A DNA stretch of 64,000 nt from the NCBI GenBank assembly GCA_009914755.4, contig CP068257.2, positions 33,216,001 through 33,280,000 of the forward strand, in the 5' to 3' direction. This document shows positions 47,843-64,000 of this stretch, one piece after another. The stretch's first letter is position 1; each line of letters begins with the position of its first letter. The position numbers were made by a program, and so were the translations under genes. Origin of the DNA: the human T2T-CHM13v2.0 reference genome, Homo sapiens. The notes under the pieces were generated by a model. The model searched no databases. It was not told the DNA's origin and worked only from the letters and a program-made list of their open reading frames with translations.

Positions 47843-50800
47843 TACATTATGTATAACTATATGTAAATTTTCAAATAGTGACACATATACTAAATTTACC
47901 TCATAAAGCCATAGTAGGTCACATAGCACAGTTGGAACAAGACTAACCATAGCAAGATATCAAGGATTTTGAGTAGCTATGCCGTCTCCTGAATACAAGC
48001 ATCTCTTCTTAATTTCTCCCGTTTGAGAAACAGAACATCCTGTGTTTGTAAGTTTATAATCCAACCCATCTTTTACTTGCTCAGACCTCCACTAACAGGC
48101 TGAACAAGGTGCAGACTTTACTTTTAGAAAATAAAACAAAACAAAAAAACACAAAAAAACCCAATTTCTGCTAAAAGTAGATTTCATCTTGCTGACGATT
48201 CTTAAGTAACTTAAACTGTCCCTCTACAGTTCATCTTTGATACCTCCTACTCATCGCTATTATCTTGAGTTTTACTAGCAATGAATTCTAGCACACAAGA
48301 AAAAAAAATCAGAAATGCACCCTTCGTTTACTAATTACAAAATCAACAGACCTCAGAAAGACGGGACATTCACTTCTATGCACTCCCCTCAATTCAGGGG
48401 TGGAATTGGGTTGCATTTTTGTATCTGTGAGTCTCAGCGTGTGTAAACTCATGTCCTCACAGATGCCTGAGGTTTTCTGCTAGCCCAGCTGATCTTGACC
48501 AGGAATTTATTTAATGTAACTGAGTAAGTATGAAGTCTTATCAGGGCTATTGGAGAAAACTGGTAGATAAATGTTTTTATACTCAGGTAATTAAGAAAAT
48601 GAATTTCAAAGTAAAATACTCTGAAAAGCATGACCTAAAGATACTTTGTACAATAGCATCAATTTCTTGGCTATCATTTAGGCCTTCTAGAAACTATTTT
48701 CTTGGTCTAGACATTTACTATTGGCTGTATTTCCTTTGTTTCTATTTTTCAAAGCAGTCATACAACTTCAAATCGAAATGCCCCAAGCTGTATTTATTCT
48801 GATCATTTCTGACATTCTTTACGGTAAAGTCAGTAGTGACATTTATATTACTCATTCCAATTACATCATCATTTTTGGTTGCTGTTTTTGAATTGGTAAC
48901 AGTAAAGCATTCCTTAATCTAGTGTTATCACTCCTTCCTCTGCCTCCTACTTCCCAATTTTTACCTTAATAACTGCTACATAATTTTTTGTAGTATATAT
49001 TTTCAGGCCTCTTTTTCTATATGTAAAAAAGGCTGCCATAGACTCACTTGTATGATATCGAAGTCATGTTTCTCAAGATTCCCATTTTCATGATCTGCTT
49101 AGCCATCACCCTTTCCCTGTGGCCTCCAGATGACTATCTATTGTTTTTATTCATTAGAACTGCTTCAGTCCTTGTGGCACAGAACACGAACTAACTCACT
49201 ATGAGAGATGAACATACTTCCAACCCCAAGACTACACCAGGATAATCTAGTCTCATAGAAGCAGGGAGGCATTTTCCTCTATTTTATCCAACTTACACTG
49301 CCAAACAAGGTCTGGGCCTTTTCTCTCTTTTTAATCCTTTCATTCCAATTGTTGGACATGTTTTCCATACAGGAGATTTTAAAACTCTGCTATTTATTCC
49401 CCAAGCACCCTCTAATTAGCTATTTAGTTCCCATTATAAGTGTGTTTGTTGCCATTTAATTAAGAGCAGTGATACGACAATTCCCTTTTTGTTTTAAAAA
49501 GATATCACGGAAATAAATCTCCCTGATCAGTTATTTGGTTATTGCTACTGTTTTTTTTTTTTCTATTCCCGAAAAATGGGCTTGCTTTATTTTGCTCTTT
49601 TTAGTCTCTCACAACAAATTTTCCCCTTTTTTTCATGATTTTCACTTCCCGTTGTAAAGTTAGCTCACAGTGTTGAAATGCCCTCTTTGAACACATATTT
49701 TTACTTCCTCATCCTCCTCTCCCTGTGGTAACCCAGGCTTCTCTATTGTAACTCAACATTCAGCAGGTATACAGAGACTGCCTCCACTACGTGGGTTTCA
49801 AACTGAATAACTCATTGTTGGGTCTGGATCTGTAAAAAGGTGAAAATAAATAAATCTTCTTTTATAACTACAGGAATGTATTCTGAATTATCTGCCTCCT
49901 ACTGCTGTTCCCCTCACAGTGCTCCAAGCCTGTGCCTCTCTCATCTTTCCAATACTATCCTCATTGGTAATTTGGCAAATTCAGGAGACCTTCGCCAAGT
50001 CGAAACAAACATAGAATAAAATTATCATGGAGGCTAAATAAGAAAAGGCTGTTGATGTTGGAACTTAAGAAGAAAAAAATTAGAAGTTTAACTCCCACTC
50101 CTCTTTTTTTTTAAATGCAGCAGAATCAACCATATTTGGGCACCTACATATCATTCACTTGGCCTTGTATTGATCTCTGAGGGTTTTTTTTTGGTGGAGG
50201 CGGGTGGGTAAAGGGGAACTAGTAAATCCAGGGCAATTCATTAATACTGTATATCGTCCAATTGTTAACAAGCATACTTAAGCCAGGTTTAAAAAGTTTC
50301 TTTTTAATTCAAAACTAACATGCGTGCTAATTTGATACAGGTTTTGTCACTGATGGGCAATATGGAGAGAATGTAAAAATATCTAACTTCAAACAGAAAA
50401 AAGAAACAACTGGAATGAAAAGCTATAAACAATAGGTAAGGAAACACAAACATTTACATTTTAACACAGACCAAACAGGCAAGAAGGGACTTGCTGGCCA
50501 AAGATATCTCATATTTTGTTTTACTTCTCTGTTTTTAAAGTATCAGGAAGTTGGGCCAAATATCAACTCTCTTCTATATTACATGGACCTCCCAATACTG
50601 TTCTTGGCTAGCCTGTTCACGGTCCAAACTGGCATTTTAAACCAATTCTAATTAGGTTGAAATTACAGTTACAATTCATTTACTTCAAATCCGTTAACCT
50701 TCCAGTGTTGCAAAGAAGGCTGTGGAGTGGAACACAGAATTCAGCTGAGATGATATTTAAGGCATAGCTAGGGACTGTGATCTTGCCGACAAAAATATTA

Positions 50801-53568
50801 CTTATTTCCTTTTTATGAAAAGAATATTACCATCAGAATCCAAGACCTCCGAACTTCCCTGCTGAAGGCACGTTTACGTCTTTGGACTCTGGTGTACCAG
50901 GGCCTGAACAAGCTATAACACCATGGTATTACCAAATACATCCTAAGTCATCAAAACAGCTTTTTAGGCTAATTCTGTAAGTACAGCAAAACACACAGCA
51001 AACTTAAGGTTTTCTTAGTAGTAAAAAACATGTATCTCTCATACTGTAAAAAATAAAGGTGTTCCATGGGAGGGAAGGAGTAGGGGGAGAACAGGTTGGG
51101 GCTCAAAATAAGCAAGTAGGGTTATTGTAATCTATTTTAAAGAAAATTCATAATTTTAAATCTCTCTTTAGTTCAGAAGATTGACGTAGAGGATTTACCT
51201 ACAGAACTTCAGGAGATTCCTAAGAAGGCCTTCAGTGATCTTTTCATCAATATCATCAGGCCTTATCATTGTTTCACATTTGCTTCTCTTTACCATAGGG
51301 AATATAATAATTATTTACTGGTTAACTTCCTAGGGAGATTGCCTGCGGCTTATTTAAGATCCAAATTTTAAAGTAATAATTTCTGTTGAAGCTGCTTGTG
51401 AGGTGGTTGGGTGGGCAGATAGAGTGAAGCCAGGGACACACACTAAATGAGCCCGGGATGTAGGCAGGTTTTGATGTTTTGCTTGCTTTTATCCCTAACA
51501 TTTTATCCCTTCACGTTTACTGTCTCACTGAACATTTTGTCTACTCTTCTAGTTATGCAGTGAGCAGGTCTCCTCCAGGAAGAAGCCTCTTTTTATGAGG
51601 ATTGGGGTGGTGACAGACAATAATCAAATGGTCTGATTTCTCTGCTATCCTTTCCTTTCCCCTAAATGTTCTCAGGGGATCTGCTTGAACTTTTTTCAAG
51701 AGCTCTGTATTTGGATTTTTAGTAGCCTATAGATTATCACTCAATAAAACAAATTAATTGTTTTTAAGTGAATTGCCAAAAGTCATTTTAAAAAGGAAAC
51801 TCTATGGTTATTATGGTTTCTGCTAGAAAGAATTCTGACAGCTCATAAAAGCAATATGTATAATTTTTCATTTTTTAGAAGAAAATAAATACTTTCATGT
51901 AATGGCTTGAGACTCTGAATTGCTCCAATTCCTGAAGATTATTTATTAATCATTTAGTCTTTTAATATATTTGAGTGTGGGTTCCCTGGCAGAGGAGGGA
52001 GTTCAGAAGAGACCCTGATTTCCCCCCCAAAAGGAAGCCACAAATCTCTTAGAGCCCTAGTGCATTGGGGCAGCCAGGTTTTAATGGCCTTTGGTGGTTA
52101 TCAGCCCGTCTTGCCTCTGCTCTTTATCTGATAGTGACCCCATGGCCCAACCCTGTTGGGTCCCCTCTCAATGCGGGTGCCCTAAAGAGTCATCGCTGAG
52201 TCCATTTAGGCAAAGGGTTAGAATGATTTAAAAGTAAAATGGTCTCCCAAACCCAAATCTAAGTAAACGGAGGGAGGGAAAAAAGAGTCAAGCAAGCCAC
52301 CACGTTCCTTCGTTCCTTCTCCTCATTTCCACCCCCACTAAAAAACAAAACAAACAAAAAAAACTGCTTTTAGAAAAGTGAGTGGAAAAAGAGGCCAATC
52401 TATAGACACAGCCAACTGCAAATTTCGTTTTGTTTTAGAAATCACAATCTAAGTGTGGAAACTGTATAAAGCTTAAAAATAACCGCAACAATACTTTTTT
52501 AAAAAGTGAATATTCGTCGTTGTAATAAGATCAAGACCCAGCTGAGGCTTGGAACTATAAAAAGCTTATATTAAATTAATCTCCCCTTAAAGGGGACAAT
52601 TATTTAAACTTTTTTTTTAGTAGCTTATCTTTACACTTGGAACCACCTGCCTTGATTCGCCCTTTAAACGAACAGGAAATGACCCGCACTGATTTTACTT
52701 AGTCGCATCTTTTCAAACCCACCAAAGACAAAACAGAATCTCCACTGCAGAAATTAAATTCCTACTGCTTGCTGCTAGTGTAGTAGGGTGATTGTTTAGA
52801 AACGCCTGGGGTTGTTTTCATACCCCTGTTGAAGGTCAAGGTTTTTAAAGGCAGCTCAAAGCTTTGGGGATGATCAGGGGTGAAAAGTGAAGGGAGATCT
52901 TTGGAGCCGCCGCGCTGAAGTCTCCGGCTACGCGCCGCCCCCTCCTCTAGCAGGAAAGCGGGCCGCTGGGACCCCTGGCTCTCCGAAAACAGCCTCGTCA
53001 CCTTTCGCTACCCCTGGCTTAATCTAGGTGAGCTGATGATAGCATTCAGAACGGTTCCGGGAAAAGAAACAGGATTCGATACTTGCGGCTTCTGGCAGGA
53101 GCAGGCTAAAAAGCTCAGAGAACTCTTCAGAAAACTTTTGCAAACTTAACTACGCCCGCTGTGGACTTTGGACATGCTAATTCCTATAGGGCGGTTAGAG
53201 AAGGGGAAAAAAAATCCCTGACAGTTTCCCTAGTTAGTTTCTTTTCACTGACTTGAAGGCAGAAAAGTCTTACTATTTTATTTCCTGATCCTTTCATCTG
53301 AGGAAGACAAAATGGTTTGGGTGTTAATCCAGCGGTAGGGGCAGCAGTAAGTTAGCAGACGGGCTGTCTCTGCCGGGCTGGGTTATAACTTTTCCTACTT
53401 TGTATCAAAGCTAAGGCCCCTGCCAGGGAGGTCCCGACCGGCTCCCAGTGGATATCTTTGGGGACACCCTGATGTTTTCAGCCCTCCTGGGAGGCCGCCC
53501 CAGAAAGCTGAGACGAGTGCCTCCCGAGGGTCGCCACGGCAACACAGCATCCCCCACATCCCAAGCTA

Positions 53569-55600
<2,032 letters not shown>

Positions 55601-58600
55601 ATTCCATTCCCTCAGCTCGTTTGCATAGGGGCGGCCGGCGGCCAATCACAGGCCTTTCCGGTATCAGCCAGGGCGCGGCTCGCCGCCGCCGGCTCCTGGA
55701 ATTGGCCCGCGCGCCCCCGCCGCCGCGCCGCGCGCTACTGTACGCAGCCCGGGCGGGGAGTCGGAGGCCACCCCCGCGCCCCGCATCCAAGCCTGCATGC
55801 TGGCCCGGGGCCCCGCCCGCGTGCGGACCCCTTTCCGCAGCCACACGCAGGCTTGTGCGGCTCCGCGAGTGGCCACGGTCCGGAGACCTGGAAAAAGAAA
55901 GCAGGCCCCGCCGGCCCGAGGAGGACCCGGCCGGCGCGCCGCACCCGGAGAGGCCCGGCCCCGCGAGCCGCTGCAGGCAGGCGCAGTGGCCGCCACGAGG
56001 CTCCCGAACCGGGGCTGCAGCCCGCGGACGGCCCCAGATCCTGCGCGGCCGCCCAGGGCCAGGCCTCCGCTTCCAGGGCGGGGGTGCGATTTGGCCGCGG
56101 GGCCCGGGGGAGCCACTCCGCGCTCCTGCACCGTCCGGCTGGCAGCTGCGGCGAAGCGGCGCTGATTCCTTGCATGAGGCCGGACGGCGTCCGCGCGTGC
56201 CGTTTGCTCTCAGCGTCTTCCCTTGGGTCGGTTTCTGTAATGGGTGTTTTTTACCGCTGCGCCCGGGCCGCGGCTCGATCCCTCCGCGCGTCTCACTTGC
56301 TGCGTGCGTCAGCGGCCAGCGAGGAGTTTCCTAGTCAGGAAAGACCCCAAGAACGCGCGGCTGGAAGGAAAGTTGAAAGCAGCCACGCGGCTTGCTCCCG
56401 GGCCTTGTAGCGCCGGCACCCGCAGCAGCCGGACAGCCTGCCCGGGCCCCGCGTCTCCCCTCCGGCTCCCCGGAAGCGGCCCCCGCTCCTCTCCCCGCCC
56501 CCGTGCGCTCGAGCGGCCCCAGGTGCGGAACCCACCCCGGCTTCGCGTGCGGGCGGCCGCTTCCCCCTGCGCCGGTCCCCGCGGTGCTGCGGGCATTTTC
56601 GCGGAGCTCGGAGGGCCCCGCCCCCGGTCCGGCGTGCGCTGCCAACTCCGACCCCGCCCGGCGGGGCTCCCTCCCAGCGGAGGCTGCTCCCGTCACCATG
56701 AGTCCCTCCACGCCCTCCCTGCCGGGCCCTGCACCTCCCGGGGCCTCTCATCCACCCCGGGGCTGCAACCCAGTCCCCGGATCCCGGCCCCGTTCCACCG
56801 CGGGCTGCTTTGTGGTCCCCGCGGAGCCCCTCAATTAAGCTCCCCGGCGCGGGGGTCCCTCGCCGACCTCACGGGGCCCCTGACGCCCGCTCCTCCCTCC
56901 CCCAGGGCTAGGGTGCTGTGGCCGCTGCCGCGCAGGGACTGTCCCCGGGCGTTGCCGCGGGCCCGGACGCAGGAGGGGGCCGGGGTTGGCTGGCGTGGAG
57001 GCCTTTCCCGGGCGGGCCCGGACTGCGCGGAGCTGTCGGGACGCGCCGCGGGCTCTGGCGGACGCCAGGGGGCAGCAGCCGCCCTCCCTGGACGCCGCGC
57101 GCAGTCCCCGGTGCTCCCGGAACGCCCCCGACGGCGCGGGGCTGTGCGGCCCGCCTCGTGGCCTTCGGGTCGCCCGGGAAGAACTAGCGTTCGAGGATAA
57201 AAGACAGGAAGCCGCCCCAGAGCCCACTTGAGCTGGAACGGCCAAGGCGCGTTTCCGAGGTTCCAATATAGAGTCGCAGCCGGCCAGGTGGGGACTCTCG
57301 GACCAGGCCTCCCCGCTGTGCGGCCCGGTCGGGGTCTCTTCCCGAAGCCCCTGTTCCTGGGGCTTGACTCGGGCCGCTCTTGGCTATCTGTGCTTCAGGA
57401 GCCCGGGCTTCCGGGGGGCTAAGGCGGGCGGCCCGCGGCCTCAACCCTCTCCGCCTCCGCTCCCCCTGGGCACTGCCAGCACCCGAGTTCAGTTTTGTTT
57501 TAATGGACCTGGGGTCTCGGAAAGAAAACTTACTACATTTTTCTTTTAAAATGATTTTTTTAAGCCTAATTCCAGTTGTAAATCCCCCCCTCCCCCCGCC
57601 CAAACGTCCACTTTCTAACTCTGTCCCTGAGAAGAGTGCATCGCGCGCGCCCGCCCGCCCGCAGGGGCCGCAGCGCCTTTGCCTGCGGGTTCGGACGCGG
57701 CCCGCTCTAGAGGCAAGTTCTGGGCAAGGGAAACCTTTTCGCCTGGTCTCCAATGCATTTCCCCGAGATCCCACCCAGGGCTCCTGGGGCCACCCCCACG
57801 TGCATCCCCCGGAACCCCCGAGATGCGGGAGGGAGCACGAGGGTGTGGCGGCTCCAAAAGTAGGCTTTTGACTCCAGGGGAAATAGCAGACTCGGGTGAT
57901 TTGCCCCTCGGAAAGGTCCAGGGAGGCTCCTCTGGGTCTCGGGCCGCTTGCCTAAAACCCTAAACCCCGCGACGGGGGCTGCGAGTCGGACTCGGGCTGC
58001 GGTCTCCCAGGAGGGAGTCAAGTTCCTTTATCGAGTAAGGAAAGTTGGTCCCAGCCTTGCATGCACCGAGTTTAGCCGTCAGAGGCAGCGTCGTGGGAGC
58101 TGCTCAGCTAGGAGTTTCAACCGATAAACCCCGAGTTTGAAGCCCGACAAAAAGCTGATAGCAATCACAGCTTTTGCTCCTTGACTCGATGGGATCGCGG
58201 GACATTTGGGTTTCCCCGGAGCGGCGCAGGCTGTTAACTGCGCAGCGCGGTGCCCTCTTGAAAAGAAGAAACAGACCAACCTCTGCCCTTCCTTACTGAG
58301 GATCTAAAATGAATGGAAAGAGGCAGGGGCTCCGGGGAAAGGGAACCCCTTAGTCGGCCGGGCATTTTACGGAGCCTGCACTTTCAAGGACAGCCACAGC
58401 GTGTACGAAGTGAGGAATTCCTTTCCACCAAGAGCGCTCATTTTAGCGACAATACAGAATTCCCCTTCCTTTGCCTAAGGGAGAAAGGAAAGGAAACATT
58501 ACCAGGTTCATTCCCAGTGTTTCCCTGGAGTAATGCTAGAATTTACTTTTGTCATAATGCAAAATTTAAAAAAAAAAAAAAATACAACGAAGCGATACGT

Positions 58601-61600
58601 TGGGCGGATGCTACGTGACAGATTTTTCCAAATTTTGTTGCGGGGAGAGGGAGGGAGGAGAATTGAAAACGGCTCACAACAGGAATGAAATGTACATTTC
58701 TGCAGTGGATTTAAAAAGTACTGCTTGGTTAGTTGGAAGAAAAATAATTTCATTGGAAAACAGTAACAGTGCATTGACGTTTTTCTTCTACAACTTTAGG
58801 TAAAGAACTATAGGTGGTCTCAGAAGATAACTAAATCTTTTACCTTTTTGCTCTTTCAAAAGCCTCCCCAAAATATGCATAAAGATGGGATTAGAATCTC
58901 AACAATTCTCTTAAAATTACCCTTTGCGAGCAATATATTTCCAAAATCACATTTGTAAAAATGCAGTACGTCTAAAAGAATTATTTCTATTTTAAATGAC
59001 CATTTACATTTTAAAAAATAGAATGTATCTTGCTATGGTTTGGAACCAAATAGCTGCAGTTTGTATTGATGTCACAGGGATGGAAAACAATTTTGATGAA
59101 GAGTAACATGTATGTACAAATCACCTGCCATACACACTATCCAGTTTTGAACATTGGAATTTAATTAAACATTTTTTTCTTCTGAAGTGGCTTTGAGATT
59201 ACTTCACTTTTCAAATCTAATTACTATGAGAGGGGGGAGGAGAGCCCTTAGTTCTTCCATTACATCCTTCCTCCATCTGAATGTTTCTGTGGGATGCTAT
59301 GGTTAATGTGTGATGATTTCACTTTCACTTCATAAACCCATTGTGTACCTCACAAGTAGCAAGCTGAGGACATTTTAAAATTAATCTTTTTAAAATTTAG
59401 GAATGCTTAGTAAACATTTTACTCTCATAAAAATCTTGCATTACCACTGCTATAACACAGGTAATAAGCTGGGCTGTGAGGGAAGCCAAGCTCTGTTTTG
59501 TTTTTAGAGAGTTGTATAGAGGCATTTAATAGCATCAGAATGCACCTATGGTAAACGCTGTAGAACTGAGGGTATCATTTAAGCTTTCATTGAAATATTT
59601 TATATGGTATAACATTTACAATATGGAGAACTGCTTTTAAGTATATTGGAATCAGCAGAAACAGCCTTAATTATTTGGTTAAATTATATCACAAGTTATA
59701 CATAGAGATACATAGATATAAAATCATATACACATCTATGAAGGTGTGTACTTTATTTAAAAATATAACTTGGAATTTAACATACCGTGGACGTCTCTAG
59801 AAGGATTCATTCCAAGTATGCATTCTGAAATAACAGAAAGTAGGAAAATAAAAGTAATGCAAGTTTAAAAATTAACTTTCCCCCGACTTTTTTTTTTTTG
59901 CTAGCTCATTTCTTCTTACACTTTTTAGCACTGGAGATTTTTATAGCTTTGACACAAAAATGACTTGAAATAGTAAATCACCAAATAAGAAATAAACTGT
60001 TCCTTATGCACGTGGTTTTAGGTACCTTCAACCAATGTTCTCCTTCACTAGCTAATACTGAATATCTGTCATAGAATCACCTCTTTTAAGCTCCGTGTGT
60101 GATTAAAATGTGATTTATTTAATGAAGATTTAAAATATATTTGGAAGGTGTAGGAACATTAGAATTCAAGGGAAAATTAAAACCAAACCCTAACTTAACG
60201 CAAAAACATTTATGATCATTTACTTCCAATGATAGGACATTTTAGAAACATTTTCCCCTGCTTACTCTCCTTCCCTTCTCTCTGCTAGGCAGGTAAATTA
60301 TTTACATCGAAACCTCTCACAAGTTCTAATAGATTATATCAATTATTATTAGAAATAATTGTTACATGATAATTCCCAAATATGGATCACTTACTGTATA
60401 CATTTACAACTATAGGTAAACCCATTAAGCAAAGTCACATGAAGCTCTTTTTCTTTCCTTTGAATATCTACATATAATGTTGTGAATTTGAAATTACTCT
60501 ATCAGCCTTGTATATTGATAACAGCACTGAGTCACAAAGAGGAAATACTGTTCTTTAAAGACAGGATTTGAGCATTTCAAATGCTGCAGACCTAAAGCTT
60601 TCAACTCCATGCCACAATATTTAGTATGCTGTTTTTTTTTTTAAAAAAAAAAACTTTAAAATAAGAGGAGACAATTACTTCAGATTTCTAGATGCTGTTT
60701 AAATAGGCAGGAAAACAAGATTTGCAGCTTCTTTAGTCTTATATTTTTGCCAAAGTAAAAGGAACAACTAAAATAAGAGGTTCTGAAGGACTGCTCTATG
60801 ATGAAATATTAAAGGAATTAAATATGTATAGTCTCAAAGGAGCATCCAAAAAAAAACGAGATTGTGGTTCACAAGTAGATAAAATGACTCCATGAAGACT
60901 TTTCTTTTTAAAGAGCAAGGCAGAGAACTAATCATTTGCACTAATTGTGAATGATAAGGTAAGAAATAATAAATGTATCCTGAAGTTACGTCAGCTCAGC
61001 TTTAATAGGTGTTGGGGCAGTGGGGTGGGGGTGTGGAATCCACAACGGTAAGACTGACCAGACAGCACACCCAGCGGAACCACGCACCCTGGAAATTATG
61101 TCTTGAGACCCAGAGAAGCTTTTCCATGTCTGAGTCTAAGAAATTGGAGTAGGAGAGCAAGAAAACACAAGTTCATCTACACACCTAATAGTTCAGCAAT
61201 TCTGAGGAAAATGCCAGGATTTTTTAAACCCAAAAACAAGGGCAAAAATGAGTGGATTTTGAAAACTGTGATTGGTAACTATTAAAAACTTTCTTAGTTT
61301 GTTGTGTATCAGCAGCCTTGAGAACACAGCAAGTGTGGTTAAATTGGGGAGGGGGAAGGGGTAGGGGGTGAGCAACTGCTGCCCAGGTGAAGTAGCACCT
61401 GTGGAGGTTTGAAGTGATTTGCCCATGAAACTGTTAAAGATGCCAGAACCCAAACTGCAAGAGAGGGGAGGTTGCGTGTGTTTAAGACAGTGAACAATGA
61501 ATCTGGTAGCCCATCCTCCAGTGTGCTAGCTTGCATGCTCTCTCTCTGCCTCTCTCTTCCCTACATCCCCCATTGAATGTAATTATATGCCAGGCAATGG

Positions 61601-61644
61601 GTGAAGTGCTTTTATATACTTTGCCTGATTTAATCCTCACAAGA

Positions 61645-61735
61645 ACATCATTGCTACCCCCATTTTACAGATAAGGAACCTCACCCTTGGAGAGTTCAGG
61701 TAACTTGCCCAAATTCACATCACTCTTGACCTACA
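61645..61735 (-). mobile_element. MIR fragment, minus orientation, immediately 5' of an (AC)n microsatellite.
   Basis: tgctacccccattttacagataaggaacctcacccttggagagttcaggtaacttgcccaaattcacatcact. Confidence 0.6.
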
Positions 61736-61738
61736 TAG

Positions 61739-61740
<2 letters not shown>

Positions 61741-61782
<42 letters not shown>
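61741..61782. repeat. (AC)n microsatellite of about 21 units.
   Basis: acacacac... run. Confidence 0.95.
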
Positions 61783-61784
<2 letters not shown>

Positions 61785-63213
61785 TCATATCTACATATAG
61801 GTCCACATGCATGGTAAGCTATGTTCCTTTTGGATCATGATTATTTTTGTGGCTATCCTTGGTAGAGTTCTAAAAAATTAACTCTGATCTCATCTTTCAC
61901 TTTTATCCCCCCCGTCTCAGGGTCTAGATCAGAAAATATCTTGGAAATTCTTCACCATGCAAACCTCATATCGTTAGGAGTCAGATTTTAATGTCATTTC
62001 TGTCATCCACAGAGTTTGAGGAGAAAGCCAAGGTCCATTTGGCTGAGAAGCTTTTATATTGATAATAATATAAAATGGCGTTTTAGTCTTTTCCCACCTC
62101 CACTAGTTTAAAAGGGCATCTTTAGGACTTTCCTAGATACAAGGTATTTGATTCAACTGCCTTCAGCATTCCTTGAATGCTTCCTCTGTCCCAGGCAAGG
62201 TGCTAGGCTCACTGATGACAAACACCAAACAGATGAGAGTAAAGAAGTGTCATGGCTGTTGGTGGACACATGTCCAGGGTCCCAGGAACTGGTGGGAGGG
62301 AATATAAGAGGAAGAGGGGCCAACAGCCCCTGGTGGGCTCAGGAAAGACTTCCTTCCTAGCAGAGGTGATTTTTGACTTGACTTTTGGAGGTTGGGTAGA
62401 TTTTTAGGTGGTTCAAAGAGCTAGAGGAGGGGTTTAGGGAGGTGACGGTGGGGTGGGGAAATGGTGCTCTGGGCTGAATAAGCATCATGAATAAGGGCGT
62501 GAGTTTATGAAACACATCAGTGTGTCAGTTCCAGTACAGTTGGGGCATAGGTTTGAGACCAGGTTGGGGAGTGGGGGAGGGAGTGCAGCAGTTCAAAAAT
62601 ACATAGACGTAGATAGGTCATTGGAAGCACAAGCAACCTGAGGAAATGTGAACTTCAACATGCGGGAAAATTGATCTGTCAAAGCCAAACAGGTAAATAA
62701 CAAAATTAATATATATATTAGAAAAATAAGTCTGTCAACAACAGCTCGGTGAGTTGGAGGGAGTAGAGATGAGGAGTGGGGAGCTATAGCAGTTGTCAGA
62801 CAAGGGGTCATGAGGATCTGGATTAAGGTAGAAGCAATGGAGATGGAAGAGGGGATTGAGGTGAGGGAGGGGGAGGAGTCTCCCCAGCATCTGTCCTTTA
62901 ATAGTAGTAGAGAAGACCAGAAACAGCGGGTTTACAGAGAGACATCGTGATGTCTCTCTGAGCTTTGGATGCCCAGAACAGAATAGGAGGTGCTGGTGGG
63001 GAAAACAGGAATTCTGGGGAGAGGTTTCATGTAGAAATAATGAGCTGAACATCCTTAGAATATCTATTGTAGTTTCAGATTGTATCTAGGGTACAATCAA
63101 ACTCTATGCTAGTTTCAGAGACTGTTTCCAGTGAGAAGAGACCATTCTCAGGTTCTGGGATTATCAACATTCCAGGGTGAGCAGAAGAGGGAGCAACCAA
63201 GGAGATGGAGCTA

Positions 63214-63933
<720 letters not shown>

Positions 63934-64000
63934 TCATCAGTTTCCACTTCAACCCAGGTCTTCCTCTTGTTTTCCCCACTGCACCATCATTCTCCCAGTT

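Overview
This window is not prokaryotic. It is primate, almost certainly human, genomic DNA carrying at least 13 full-length Alu SINEs plus one right-monomer fragment, many MIR fragments, one MADE1 MITE and numerous microsatellites. It contains the 5' half of RUNX1 (AML1/CBFA2), transcribed on the minus strand. Four coding exons, read with canonical AG/GT splice sites and consistent phases, reproduce the RUNX1 P2-isoform N-terminus and Runt domain: [13 protein letters not shown]...PIAFK (53701-53970, ATG at 53970), VVALGDV...GRSGRG (47417-47573), [10 protein letters not shown]...GPREPR (26345-26449) and RHRQKLDD...PQSQMQ (1005-1196). Upstream in gene orientation (higher coordinates) lie the long, uAUG-laden P2 5'UTR and a bipartite CpG-island complex (about 52.9-54.1 kb and 54.9-58.3 kb), which is the proximal P2 promoter. 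Intron 6 (partial) is 1-1004, intron 5 is 1197-26344 (fully contained; the classic t(8;21) breakpoint intron), intron 4 is 26450-47416 and intron 3 is 47574-53700. There is no CRISPR array, operon-like or defence-system architecture. The long ORFs in the supplied track are GC-rich, repeat-derived or exon-plus-intron read-through artefacts. The observations worth a second look are non-B-DNA repeats inside intron 5, the translational architecture of the P2 5'UTR, splice-proximal repeats and strong Alu avoidance around the exons and the promoter.
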